Shown: positions 18,654 through 28,997 of the stretch, piece by piece
Layout: each line of letters starts with the position of its first letter
How positions within the stretch are numbered: position 1 is the stretch's first letter
Assembly: GCA_963708075.1 (NCBI GenBank)
Contig: OY970194.1
Location: 4,352,001-4,416,000, forward strand
DNA length: 64,000 nucleotides
Reading direction: 5' to 3'
Source: Sedimentisphaerales bacterium
Lineage (GTDB): Bacteria > Planctomycetota > Phycisphaerae > Sedimentisphaerales > Anaerobacaceae
Notes under the pieces: generated by a model
Databases searched by the model: none
What the model saw: only the letters and a program-made list of their open reading frames with translations
What the model was told of the DNA's origin: nothing
Translations under genes and position numbers: made by a program

Positions 18654-19835
18654 ATGAATTCGAAAGAGCGAGTATCGGCGGCGATGGACCACCGGGAGCC
18701 GGATCGCGTCCCGGTGATGTGCCAGTTGGCACTGGGCCACTATTTCCTTCACTGCAAGGCCAAGCCGTCGGATATCTGGTTCGACCCGGATACCTTTGCC
18801 GCCGCTTTGGTGGAGTTGCAGCGACGGTACAGGTTCGACGGCATCCTCGTGAATATCCCCGGCCGGCCCCCGGATTGGCGAGGCCAGATGAAATCCTGTC
18901 GAAAGGTCGCAGATCGCGAGTATCTGTACTGGAAATCAGGATTGGAGACGGTAGTCCCCCCGGATGACAATCCACAAACATCCGGGCCGGATGGGATACG
19001 GCTGGCTCGTGCCGACTACCGAACTGTCGATATCGATGATCCCGCCATCCAGCGGCTGCCGGGCTATGTATGGAACACCTGGCACATGCCGGAACTGTGG
19101 GGCATCGCGCGGGATGCGGACCTGTCCGACCCGGCCGCCTATCCAAAATGGTTCACCGGCGCGCTGGAGAAGGTGCAACAGTCAGCCCCGGATGTCTCGG
19201 TGCATGTGGAGGTGTTCTCGCCCTTTACACACCTGATGGAGCTCTTCGGCTATGAGCAGGCCCTCATGGCCCTGGTCGATTCGCCGCTCATCTGCCACAA
19301 AGCCTTGGCGATGTTCACGCGCGTGACGCTGGCCCAGGTGCAGTTGCACGCCGGGTGCAGGCCCGACGCCATTCTCGTCAGTTCCGCGTTCGCCGGTGCG
19401 GGATTCATCAGCCGCCAGATGTACAAGGAATTTGTCGCGCCGTACGAAGACGAGGTCTTCCGGGCCATTCGCGATCACGGCATCAAGTCCTACGTCCACA
19501 CATGCGGGGCCATCGGCGACCGCCTCGATTTGATGGCCGGGACGTCGGTGGACGGAATCGATACCCTGGACCCGCCGCCGCTGGGCACGGTGGACCTGGC
19601 GAAGGCAAAAGCAGACTATGGTGGGAGATTCTTCTTCAAGGGCAATCTCGACGCCGTCAACGAGATGCTCCACGCCGACGACGCGACATTCGAACGGGCC
19701 GTCCGGGACAGAATCGCCATCGGCAAGCCCGGCAGCGGCTATATTCTCTCCTCTGCCTGCAGCGTCGCCCCCCATGTCAGGCCAGAGAGACTCAAGAGAC
19801 TCATGGAGTTAGCGGAAAAGCACGGCCGCTATTGA
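18654..19835 (+). CDS. Uroporphyrinogen decarboxylase / MtaA-CmuA superfamily protein
   Basis: MNSKERV..EPDRVPV, HTCG, KGNLD, GYILSSAC. Confidence 0.85.
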   Translation: MNSKERVSAAMDHREPDRVPVMCQLALGHYFLHCKAKPSDIWFDPDTFAAALVELQRRYRFDGILVNIPGRPPDWRGQMKSCRKVADREYLYWKSGLETVVPPDDNPQTSGPDGIRLARADYRTVDIDDPAIQRLPGYVWNTWHMPELWGIARDADLSDPAAYPKWFTGALEKVQQSAPDVSVHVEVFSPFTHLMELFGYEQALMALVDSPLICHKALAMFTRVTLAQVQLHAGCRPDAILVSSAFAGAGFISRQMYKEFVAPYEDEVFRAIRDHGIKSYVHTCGAIGDRLDLMAGTSVDGIDTLDPPPLGTVDLAKAKADYGGRFFFKGNLDAVNEMLHADDATFERAVRDRIAIGKPGSGYILSSACSVAPHVRPERLKRLMELAEKHGRY

Positions 19836-19870
19836 TCCAGTCGGTCTTCGCGTGTACCATCTCTGACTGC

Positions 19871-19950
19871 CGGGTGCCATGTCCACGCGTGTGTGGACAT
19901 GTTCATCCGACAGCTACCGCATGCTTACGCGAGCGTAAGCATGGCACCCG
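19871..19950. repeat. ~80-bp double-hairpin REP/MITE-like element, copy 2
   Basis: CGGGTGCCATG...CATGGCACCCG terminal inverted repeat with two internal hairpins. Confidence 0.8.
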
Positions 19951-19985
19951 ATGATACGTGTGGAGTCCATGGGAGCATCACAAAC

Positions 19986-22900
19986 ATGAAAAGCACAGAA
20001 ATCGTCGCCGCGTTGGTCGTCATGTTCATGTGTGGGGGATTGCTGGCAGCGGGGGCAAATGAGCAGAAGGCGCCCGTTGGAGATTGTGACATCGCCCCCT
20101 TTGGCGTGCCCGTGCCACATGACGGTGCGGCCGGTCCGCAGCCGGAGGTCCGCTGGGCCGAGCCGCGAAAGGTCAGGCAGGTGGTCGTCGAGTTCGCCGA
20201 CGGGCAGTTGCCAGACCCGTGCGCGGTGAGCCTGCAATACTGGCACCGGACCTGGGACGGCCAAGCCGACCCGGTGCTCATGGAACGCGGGGCCGGCGGC
20301 GTCGGCTGGGACGCCATGGACGACTGGACCAACGGCAAGTGGATCACAGCCAAGACCTCGCTCCAGGTAGAGGGCAAACGCTGGACGTTCACCATCCTGC
20401 CGATCACGAGCGGAGAGATCAAAGACATCACCGGGCCCGGCGTCAGTTATCGCAAAACCCTGTGGGTCCGGCTGAACGCCGAGAAGCCGCTGCCGGCCCA
20501 CGACCGGATGCAGGTCTTCACAGAATCATCCTACCGCCCACTGGCGTTGCGGATTCACTTCGGCCGGCCCGCTGCAACAGAAGTGAGACTGAATGGCGAC
20601 GAGAAGATTCAGTTTGAAGTCTATAATGGTCAGTTCGCCACCGTCGTGACGGAGGGGTCCGGGCCTTTCTCTACGAACACCAATGGAACGTGGAAATCCC
20701 CCGGCGGAGTCTGGAGACTCCCCGCCGGAACTATGGGCGTGCTCCAGGTGGGACTGACGATGGCGAACGACCCGATGGATGCGCGGTACGACCGTACCAC
20801 TGTCACGGTGCGTTCGAGTCATCGCCCGTTTTCCTTCGCCGCTGATGAGGTTGCACGAGGCGACCGAATACTCTTGGACGATCTTGGTGTGCTCGTCACG
20901 AACGCCGAGGACCAGATCACTCTGGAGGAATATCGTCAGTCTCTTCGCACGAATTTCACAGGTAAGAGCGTGTACGAGCGGGTGAAGGACTCGCCGGAGC
21001 AGACGCTGGATCGGGCTTGGGGAGACATGCCACTGAAGCATCCGCTTTGGTTCGTGCATGGCCTGCCGGGAGATCGCAACACCATGCGGCAGCATCCCAA
21101 TGGCGAGATTGACGTCACCTCCGTCGGCAGATGGTTCAACGTGCAACGAAGCGAGCGAGACAGCGGCCGAAAGGGGTGGAAAGGCGACCAGTTGCGGATT
21201 TCGCTGGGCCTTCCCGACGGCACGCTGCGGGGCGGACGGAGACTCGAAGAGGGCTATCTGCCGCTTCTGTACACCTGGTGGCAGGATGGCCCGATCTACT
21301 ATGAGCAGGCGAGCGTCCTCGATACGCTCGACGGCGACCTCAACGACATCGATCTCGACGACCCGACCGTCCTGCTGGTCCGCGTGCGGATGGTCAATGT
21401 CTCCGATACGAAGGCGGGCGCCGGCAGGCTGCGCCTTTCATCGGGCTCGCAGGGGGACGATAAGCTGATCGTGAAGGAAGGTCAGGCACTGACCGAGGAC
21501 TCCCGGCTGCGATTCCTTATTAAGAATCCAGAGGAGGGCACGTTCACGGCCGATGGCAACGCTACGCTGTGGTCGGCGGACCTGGCGCCGGGGACATCCA
21601 GGACTCTCTACTTCTATATCCCCTCGATCACGCTGACCTCGCCCGAGGAGATCAAGGCCTTGCAGGCGCGGGACTTCGATGCGGACGCCGGACGCGTATG
21701 CGAGTTCTGGCGCACGCTCACCGCCAAGGCTACGCAGATTCACACGCCCGAGCCCTGGATCAACGACTTCTACAAGGCGCACGTGCGGCACCTGCTCGTC
21801 AACTGCTTCAAGGAGCTGGATTCCGACCGGCTGCACGCCCATGTCGGGACGTTCCACTACGGCGTCTATCCCAACGAGTCGGTGATGATGATCAGCGATC
21901 TGGATCGGCGGGGCATGCACAAGGAGACCCAGCAGAACCTCGATGCGTTCCTCCACTATCAAGGCACCGTCGCCATGAACGGTAATTTTGCCAGCCGCGA
22001 TGGCCAGTTCTATGGCGCCGGTGGGCATGAGACCGGCAATTACAACAAGAGCCATGGTTACGTCATGTGGAACATGGCCGAGCATTGGTGGATGACGCGC
22101 GACCGGCGGTGGATGGAGCGGGCCGGCCCGGGGCTTGTGAAAGCCTGCGACTGGGTCGTCAACGAGCGCAAGGCGACGATGCAGACTCTCCCCGATGGCA
22201 CGAAGACGATCAACTACGGCTGGCTGCCTAGTGGCTCGCTGGAGGACGTCACGGACTTCTGGCCCTGGCTGGCGACCAACAGCGCCACCGTGTGGGGATT
22301 CCGGTCCTTAGCTGACGCCCTGGCCGACTTCGGCCACCCGGACGGTCCGCGGCTCCAGAAGGAGGCAAAAGCCTACTACGATGACTTCATGCGGGGCATC
22401 ACGGAGTCTCGTATCCTGTCTCCGGTCGTGCGGCTGCGCGACGGGACATATGTGCCCAAGATTCCCTCGCAACCATACCAGCGAGGCCGGGCGCACGGCT
22501 GGCTGCGCGAGACGCTGGAAGGCCCTCTCTTTCTGCCGGCGTACCAGGTACTGGACCCGCAGGCCATCGAGACCAAGTGGGTCCTCGAAGACTACGAGGA
22601 CAACCTTTACATCTCCGAGCGGTACGGCTATGCGATCCCCTCCTTCGACCGCTTCTGGTTCTCGCGCGGCGGGTTCTCCATGCAGGCCAACCTGCTCGAC
22701 GGTCCCCTGCCCTACCTGTGGCGTGACGAGGTCAAGCACTTCCTGCGGGCCTACTTCAACGGCTTCGCCTCCGCCTTCTACCCCGAGATTCGGTTGTGCA
22801 ACGAGCATTCCTTGCCGGAGCTGGGCTATCCGGCGGGCGACCATTTCAAGACTTCCGACGAGGCCCAGTCCACATACTGGCTGCGCCTAATGTTCGTCAA

Positions 22901-23240
22901 CGATCAGATGGGCCAGGACCTGTACCTCGGCCAGGCGATCCCGCGATACTGGCTCTCGAAAGGCAACAAAGCAGGCATCGAGCGGGCCCCGTCGCACTTT
23001 GGCGTGCTGTCGTTCGACCTTGAAGCGGATGCGAGCGGAGACAAGATCACCGCGGTCCTCGATCCGCCGGCACGCAACAATCCGAAGAACATCTTCGTTC
23101 GCGTCAGGCATCCGAAGGAGCGGCAGATCAAGGGCGTGACCGTCAACGGACAGCCCTACGAGCGGTTCGACGCACAAAAGGAATGGGTCATCCTGCCCGG
23201 CACAATCAAAGGCAGGCAGCAGATCGAAGTGTCGTACTAA
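19986..23240 (+). CDS. Large secreted protein, probable six-hairpin (alpha/alpha)6 glycosidase-like
   Basis: Signal peptide; helical catalytic-like region (PEPWINDFYKA, GWLPSGSLED); C-terminal LYLGQAIPRYW/RAPSHFG beta region typical of such enzymes. Confidence 0.55.
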   Translation: MKSTEIVAALVVMFMCGGLLAAGANEQKAPVGDCDIAPFGVPVPHDGAAGPQPEVRWAEPRKVRQVVVEFADGQLPDPCAVSLQYWHRTWDGQADPVLMERGAGGVGWDAMDDWTNGKWITAKTSLQVEGKRWTFTILPITSGEIKDITGPGVSYRKTLWVRLNAEKPLPAHDRMQVFTESSYRPLALRIHFGRPAATEVRLNGDEKIQFEVYNGQFATVVTEGSGPFSTNTNGTWKSPGGVWRLPAGTMGVLQVGLTMANDPMDARYDRTTVTVRSSHRPFSFAADEVARGDRILLDDLGVLVTNAEDQITLEEYRQSLRTNFTGKSVYERVKDSPEQTLDRAWGDMPLKHPLWFVHGLPGDRNTMRQHPNGEIDVTSVGRWFNVQRSERDSGRKGWKGDQLRISLGLPDGTLRGGRRLEEGYLPLLYTWWQDGPIYYEQASVLDTLDGDLNDIDLDDPTVLLVRVRMVNVSDTKAGAGRLRLSSGSQGDDKLIVKEGQALTEDSRLRFLIKNPEEGTFTADGNATLWSADLAPGTSRTLYFYIPSITLTSPEEIKALQARDFDADAGRVCEFWRTLTAKATQIHTPEPWINDFYKAHVRHLLVNCFKELDSDRLHAHVGTFHYGVYPNESVMMISDLDRRGMHKETQQNLDAFLHYQGTVAMNGNFASRDGQFYGAGGHETGNYNKSHGYVMWNMAEHWWMTRDRRWMERAGPGLVKACDWVVNERKATMQTLPDGTKTINYGWLPSGSLEDVTDFWPWLATNSATVWGFRSLADALADFGHPDGPRLQKEAKAYYDDFMRGITESRILSPVVRLRDGTYVPKIPSQPYQRGRAHGWLRETLEGPLFLPAYQVLDPQAIETKWVLEDYEDNLYISERYGYAIPSFDRFWFSRGGFSMQANLLDGPLPYLWRDEVKHFLRAYFNGFASAFYPEIRLCNEHSLPELGYPAGDHFKTSDEAQSTYWLRLMFVNDQMGQDLYLGQAIPRYWLSKGNKAGIERAPSHFGVLSFDLEADASGDKITAVLDPPARNNPKNIFVRVRHPKERQIKGVTVNGQPYERFDAQKEWVILPGTIKGRQQIEVSY

Positions 23241-23827
23241 GGAACGTCCACGCTTCCACCGGACTGGTTGTCGCCTGCGACGGGTTCCTGGCCGAGAGCG
23301 TGCCACTTGTTGTAGGTGTTCGCCCGGACCTTCCAGTACTTGAGGTCCTCCGCCGACAGGGGCTCGCGCTGTTCGGCGGGATAGCCGACGGCGATGATCG
23401 CCTGGACGTTGATGTGCTCGGGGATTCGCAGCAAGTCCTGGATGTACTGCTCCGATGTCGTCCCATCGTCGAACATCCGGTTTCGCACCTGGACCCAGCA
23501 ACTTCCCAGGCCGATCGATTGGGCGACCATCTGCACGAGGATCGAGGCGATGGAGCAATCCTCGACCCAGGTGTCGCTCTCGCGGCTGTCGCCGCAGACG
23601 ACGACGCCCAGAGCCGCATGTTCCAGGAACTCGGCCCCGTGTGGCTTGCACGTGGACAGCTTGCCCAGCAACTCGCGGTCATCAATAAAGATGAAGTCCC
23701 ATGGGTCGATATTCCTCGACGAGGGTGACCTCAACACCGCTTCTTTCAACAAATCCACCTTCTCCGGCTCAATCGGTCTGTCGATGTACTCCCGAATGCT
23801 TCGTCTGGCCCTGAGCAATTCGATCAT
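23237..23827 (-). CDS. Nitroreductase family protein
   Basis: RRSIREY, RSPSSRN, WVEDCSIA, GLGSCWVQ, AVGYP. Confidence 0.9.
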   Translation of the reverse strand: MIELLRARRSIREYIDRPIEPEKVDLLKEAVLRSPSSRNIDPWDFIFIDDRELLGKLSTCKPHGAEFLEHAALGVVVCGDSRESDTWVEDCSIASILVQMVAQSIGLGSCWVQVRNRMFDDGTTSEQYIQDLLRIPEHINVQAIIAVGYPAEQREPLSAEDLKYWKVRANTYNKWHALGQEPVAGDNQSGGSVDVP

Positions 23828-24009
23828 CGTTATCCCCTGCTCTAAGAAATCGGTTCCAATCTTGCCTGCAATCGTAAAGAGCACTGGGTGGCAGCGTCAA
23901 GCGCAGCTTGGCGATGGTCATTCGTGTATTCAGGCCAGCGGTCTGGCCCATCGGGCATCGTCGGGGTATGATGCGGCTCGCGTGAAGAGATGGTCACGTG
24001 AAAAGGGAT

Positions 24010-25158
24010 ATGAGCATGAGCTTTGATTTTGACGCCGTGATCGACCGGCGGAACACGGACAGCCTGAAGTGGGGCCGGTACAGCGGCCGGGACATGATCC
24101 CAATGTGGGTGGCCGACATGGATTTCCAATCGCCGCTACCTATCCTGGAGGCATTGCACCGACGAGTGGAGCATGGGGTCTTTGGCTATGCGCTGCCGCC
24201 GAAGGAACTGGTACAGGTGATTGTCGAGCGGATGGAGCAGAAGTACCGGTGGAAGATCGAGCCGTCGTGGATGGTGTGGCTGCCCGGCGTAGTGCCGGCA
24301 CTACATGTTGTATGCCGGGCCTTTGGCGACGATGGCGACGAGGTGCTGACTTTCACGCCCATCTACCCGCCGTTCCTATCCGCCCCGCCGCTGTCGAGAA
24401 AGCGTCTCAGGACCATCCCATTGCACCACGAAGGGAATCTCTACACTTTCGACCTCGAAAGGCTCGAGAGCGAGATCTCTCCGCGATCCGGAATCCTGCT
24501 TCTATGCAATCCGCACAACCCCGTCGGCAGGCGATATGAGGCCGAGGAGATCCGGCGCATCGCCGAGATATGCGTCGAACGGGATCTCATTCTGTGTTCC
24601 GACGAGGTCCACTGCGACCTCATCCTCGACGGCGGGCCGCACGTGCCGGCCGCCACACTCGGCCCCGACGTCTCCGCCCGAACCATTACGCTGATGTCTC
24701 CAAGCAAGACCTTCAACATCCCCGGACTCAACTGCGCGTTCGCTGTCATCGAAAACGAGGAGCTTCGAGCGCGGTTCAACAAGGCCCGCGAGGGCATCGT
24801 CCCGGGCGTAAATGGACTGGGCTATGCCGCATGTCTTGCCGCCTATCGCGACTGCGAGCCGTGGCGGCTGGCACTGATCGATACCCTGCGAGGCAACAAG
24901 GACGTCGTACGCACGTTCATCAACGAGGAGGCATCCGGACTATCCATGGATGACATCCAGGCGACATACCTGGCCTGGATTGACGCGAGAGCTCTGAACG
25001 TGCGCCGGCCCGCGCGCTTCTTTGAGGATTTCGGTGTCGCGATGTGTGACGGAGAGGATTTTGGGGAGCCAGGCTGGGTAAGGCTGAACTTTGGCTGCCC
25101 GCGCGCGACTCTCCTCGAAGGTCTCGGCCGGCTCAGAGACGCTGTCACGGCCCGGTAG
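24010..25158 (+). CDS. PatB/MalY family PLP-dependent C-S lyase
   Basis: PMWVADMDF, GVFGY, LCNPHNPVG, SDEVHCD, SPSKTFN, RLNFGCPR. Confidence 0.92.
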   Translation: MSMSFDFDAVIDRRNTDSLKWGRYSGRDMIPMWVADMDFQSPLPILEALHRRVEHGVFGYALPPKELVQVIVERMEQKYRWKIEPSWMVWLPGVVPALHVVCRAFGDDGDEVLTFTPIYPPFLSAPPLSRKRLRTIPLHHEGNLYTFDLERLESEISPRSGILLLCNPHNPVGRRYEAEEIRRIAEICVERDLILCSDEVHCDLILDGGPHVPAATLGPDVSARTITLMSPSKTFNIPGLNCAFAVIENEELRARFNKAREGIVPGVNGLGYAACLAAYRDCEPWRLALIDTLRGNKDVVRTFINEEASGLSMDDIQATYLAWIDARALNVRRPARFFEDFGVAMCDGEDFGEPGWVRLNFGCPRATLLEGLGRLRDAVTAR

Positions 25159-25890
25159 GCAGTCGGTCAGAGAGGCGCGACATCCTCTATCTGCCGGGTC
25201 GCGATGTCCGCACTCGCGACACTAATCTGCGGCAATTCCCTTTCAAGCTGAACGCCTGCCCTGCCGCAGCCGGGGCAAGGGAAATGCTCGGTACCGTAGG
25301 GGAGATTCGACAGGTACTCAGCACAACGCTGTATCCAAATACGGAGTTCTCTCAGTTGACCATAGGAGCATTCGCGAGGATTCTGGATTCTTGCTGGGTG
25401 AAACGATCCTCAGTGCAGGTCGTTCCCGGCGATCGTGACACGCTCTCACGAGATTTTGATGTTCACGGGATCAGCGGAGCAGGAGCGGCGTACTGCGTAC
25501 TTGGGGACACAGATCATTCCTCGCGGCAGTAATGTCGTCGGGGATGGGTGAGTATATACTCGCGATAGAGTGAGATTATGGGGGTAGTAACCTGCGTCCG
25601 ATTTCCGATTGGACGACAGGGGTAACACATGGGAAGTCGCTCATCTCGGCCTGGTGGTTCTCGGAGCGTGGCAATGCGCTGTTGATCCTGCAAGTGTGCA
25701 TTGTATGCCGCTTGTGCGTGCCGAGGGTGTGCACATAAGGAATGAGCATCGATTCAGCTCCGCAAGGGCTGAAGTCGACGGAGCGTCGGCTATGGAAGGA
25801 TGCACTGCAAGACAACCCCCTGTGCAGCCGACGAGGACGGAGTCTGCGCGACGATGAATATGACGAATCGGCAGTGATGGAGAAAGACCG

Positions 25891-26628
25891 ATGAAGCGCG
25901 CCCTTGAAGCAACAGGCAGAAATCTGTGCGTTCTGATGTTGGGAGGGTTAGCGGTTTGCAGTCTGCCGGGCTGCGGATCGTCCTATCAGGGCCAGACGGA
26001 CATCCCGCCCAAGCCGTCCGAGCCGCTGCGCGTGACGCTGGCGGCGGGCGACGTGGTGGACGTGCGATTCTTCTACACGCCCGAGCTGAACGTCACCCAA
26101 GCCGTGCGGCCGGATGGAAAGATCGCGCTGCAGCTCATCGGCGAAGTGTCGGCGGAAGGAAAGTCGCCCGCGGAGCTGCGGTCGGAACTCCTGACTCTGT
26201 ATCAATCTCACTTGAAGGAGCCGGATGTGGCGGTAATCGTTCAGTCATTCTATCGCCGCCGCGTCTTCGTAGGCGGCGAAGTCCTCAAGCCCGGGGTGGT
26301 CCTTATGCCCGGACACCTGACCGCACTGGACGCGATCATGGAGGCGGGAGGGTTCCGGCTGCCGACGGCGGAAGTCGGCAGTGTGGTTATCCTCCGCCGC
26401 CAGGACAGCGAGCAGATTGGATACTGCATCGATTTGAAACCCGCCCTGAAAGGCGGCGAGGTCCGCTCGTTCTACCTGGAGCCGGAAGATATTATTTACG
26501 TGCCGCAAACGCGAATCACCGAGGTCGGACAATGGATCGATCAGCATATCAACAACCTGATCCCCAAGACCGGCCTGGTCGTGCTGAGCCAGTCGGGCAA
26601 CACGACTGTCGGCTACGATTTGCGATGA
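25891..26628 (+). CDS. wza: Polysaccharide export lipoprotein (Wza-like, Poly_export + SLBB)
   Basis: Lipobox LPGC; GDVVDVRF, VRPDGKI, VFVGGEV..PG, LEPEDIIYVP. Confidence 0.85.
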   Translation: MKRALEATGRNLCVLMLGGLAVCSLPGCGSSYQGQTDIPPKPSEPLRVTLAAGDVVDVRFFYTPELNVTQAVRPDGKIALQLIGEVSAEGKSPAELRSELLTLYQSHLKEPDVAVIVQSFYRRRVFVGGEVLKPGVVLMPGHLTALDAIMEAGGFRLPTAEVGSVVILRRQDSEQIGYCIDLKPALKGGEVRSFYLEPEDIIYVPQTRITEVGQWIDQHINNLIPKTGLVVLSQSGNTTVGYDLR

Positions 26629-26644
26629 GACTTGGAGCATCCTT

Positions 26645-28973
26645 ATGAGCGATGAACGAGTCGCCCAGAGCAACGTGCGAAAAGGATCGGTCCGGGACCT
26701 CCTGTACGTCATTTTCGGCCATAAGAAGAAGATGCTGGTGTTCATGGTCCTGCTGTTCGGCGTGGTCGCCATCAAGACACTCGTTCAGCCATCCACCTAT
26801 CGCTCCGAGGCCAAGCTGCTTCTGCGGATCGGGCGTGAGAATGTAAGCCTGGACCCAACGGCCACAGTGGGCGAGGTAGTCGGCATCAACCGGTCGTATG
26901 ATTGGGAAATCAACTCCGAGCTGGAGATTATCAAGAGCCGGGAGATCGCCGAGCGAGTGGTCGATGAGATGGGTGCGAGCGTGTTGCTGCACGGTTCCGG
27001 GACCGCCACGCCGGATTCCAACGAGGCCCTGGCCACGGTCAAGCCTGCCGACGAGGCCCTGCGGACCGTCAAGAACACCCTGGACATCGTGGCGGACAGC
27101 CCCGGAAAGCTCGCAAACAGCCTGGGCCTTTCCGAGCCCGTGAACGAGCGGGAGAAGGCCATCCGCAGACTCACGGACAACCTGAAGGTCGAGGCCCAGC
27201 AGAATACGAGCGTGATCGATCTGGCCTACGAGGAGCGCAACCCCGAGGCCGCCAAGAGTACCCTGGATAGATTCATCCAAGCGTATCTCGAAAAACACCT
27301 CACCGTGTACTGCATGGCCAATTCCCAGCAGTTCTTCGAGCGGCAGGTTCTCGCAGTTGCACGCGAAGCTCACGGATGCACAGAAGGAGCTTCAGAATCT
27401 CAAAGACACGACGGGGATCTCGGACCTGCTGGAACAGCGCAGCGTCATGGTGAACGCGATCGGAATGCTGGAGCGGAACATTGCAGAGGCGGAGGCAGAG
27501 CAGGTCGCCGCAATCGCAAAGATCGCGGGGATACAGAACATACTGGAGACAGTCCCTGAAACCATCACCGTTGAGGAAATCTCGGGCTTTTCCGATTATG
27601 GCGCGGACCTGATGCGCAGCAGACTGTACGAGTTACAGATGACGGAAAAGCAGATGGAAGGCAAATATCGGCCCGACAGCCGGCAACTGGATATGGTGCG
27701 TAAGCAGGTGGAAGAAGGGGCGGCGATCCTGGAAAAGGAGCAGGGCAAGCCCACTCGCACCGAGGTCAGAAAGGGCATGAACAACGCCTACCAGCAGATG
27801 CAGTTGGCCCTGCTTACCGAGCAGTCCAACATCTCGGGGCTGCAGAGCAAGCTCGACAAGGTGCGGACCCAGTTGACGGAGGCCAAAGCCGGGCTGAAGA
27901 CGGTCAACCAGGTGGAGAACGAGACCACCCGCCTGGACAGAGAAATCAAGTTGCTGGAGGCCAGCTACGGCCAGTACTTCAGCAAGCTGGAGGAAGCACG
28001 CATCGATCAGGCGCTCAAGGGCGACAGGATCTCCAACGTCAGCATCCTGCAGGCCGCCACGCTGCCCGTCACACCGACCGGCATTGGCAAAGTCGCTCAC
28101 CTCGGGCTGGGCCTGCTGCTGGCCATCGTCGGCGGCGTGGCCTTTGCGTTCTTCTGCGAGTACCTGGACCATTCCATCAAGACACCGGAGGACGTGCACG
28201 AGAAACTGCAACTGCCCACCCTGGCATCCATCCCTCAGGCACGCGCCAACACGGTCGGCCCGGTGTGGAAATCCACGCTGTGGAAACGGTTTGGGATCAA
28301 GCCCCGGCAGACGGCGCCGGTCCAGTGGGATCTTCCCGCCACGATGCGGCGGCACTACGCGGCCTTTCGTGAGCGACTGCTCCTCAGCGCCAATGGCTCC
28401 CTGCACAGCCACTACATCCTCGGGGTCACGAGTTCCGCCAGTTGTGAGGGCGTCAGCACCGTGGCGGCGAATCTCGCCTCCTCCCTGTCCGAGCAGGGCG
28501 GCGGATCCATCCTGCTGGTGGATGCAAACACCCGCGATCCGTCCATCCATCGCATCTTTCGGACGAGGCTGTCGCCCGGCCTGATCGATGTCCTCTCGAC
28601 CAACTCCAAGGACGAGGCGGACGACATCATCGTGCGACGGGCGGCGAACCTGAACGTGCTGACGGCCGGGCTCGCCAACGACGCAGGGACGAAAGCAGTC
28701 GGCTTCGACAGTCTTGCCCGTTATCTCGAGTCGATCAAACAGAACTATCGCTTCGTGGTCGTGGACATGCCGGCCCTCGATGAGGACGGCTCGGCGGCCC
28801 GATTGGCCGGCTCGTGCGATGGGGTGATTCTCGTCGTCGAGACAGAGCGATTACGATGGGAAACCATCTCCAAGGCAAAACAACATCTGCAGCAACTTGA
28901 TGCCAATGTACTGGGCGTTCTTCTCAACAAGAGGCGTTTTCCAGTCCCAAACTGGATCTATGCAGCTTTGTAA
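26645..28973 (+). CDS. wzc: Wzc/GumC-like co-polymerase with CpsD/CapB-like domain; +1 frameshift at 27346-27352
   Basis: TM, INSELEIIKS, coiled coil, TM, EYLDHSIKTPED, LLVDAN, VVVDMP. The two ORFs join if GGTTCTC is read as GGTCTC. Confidence 0.85.
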
Positions 28974-28997
28974 CAGAGAGGGAAAGGGGAATGCGCG

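Noticed and set aside
25295..25400. GATTCGACAGG and GGATTCTGGATTC resembling a tmRNA 5' end
   Set aside because: No acceptor stem, tag frame or tRNA-like 3' end was found.
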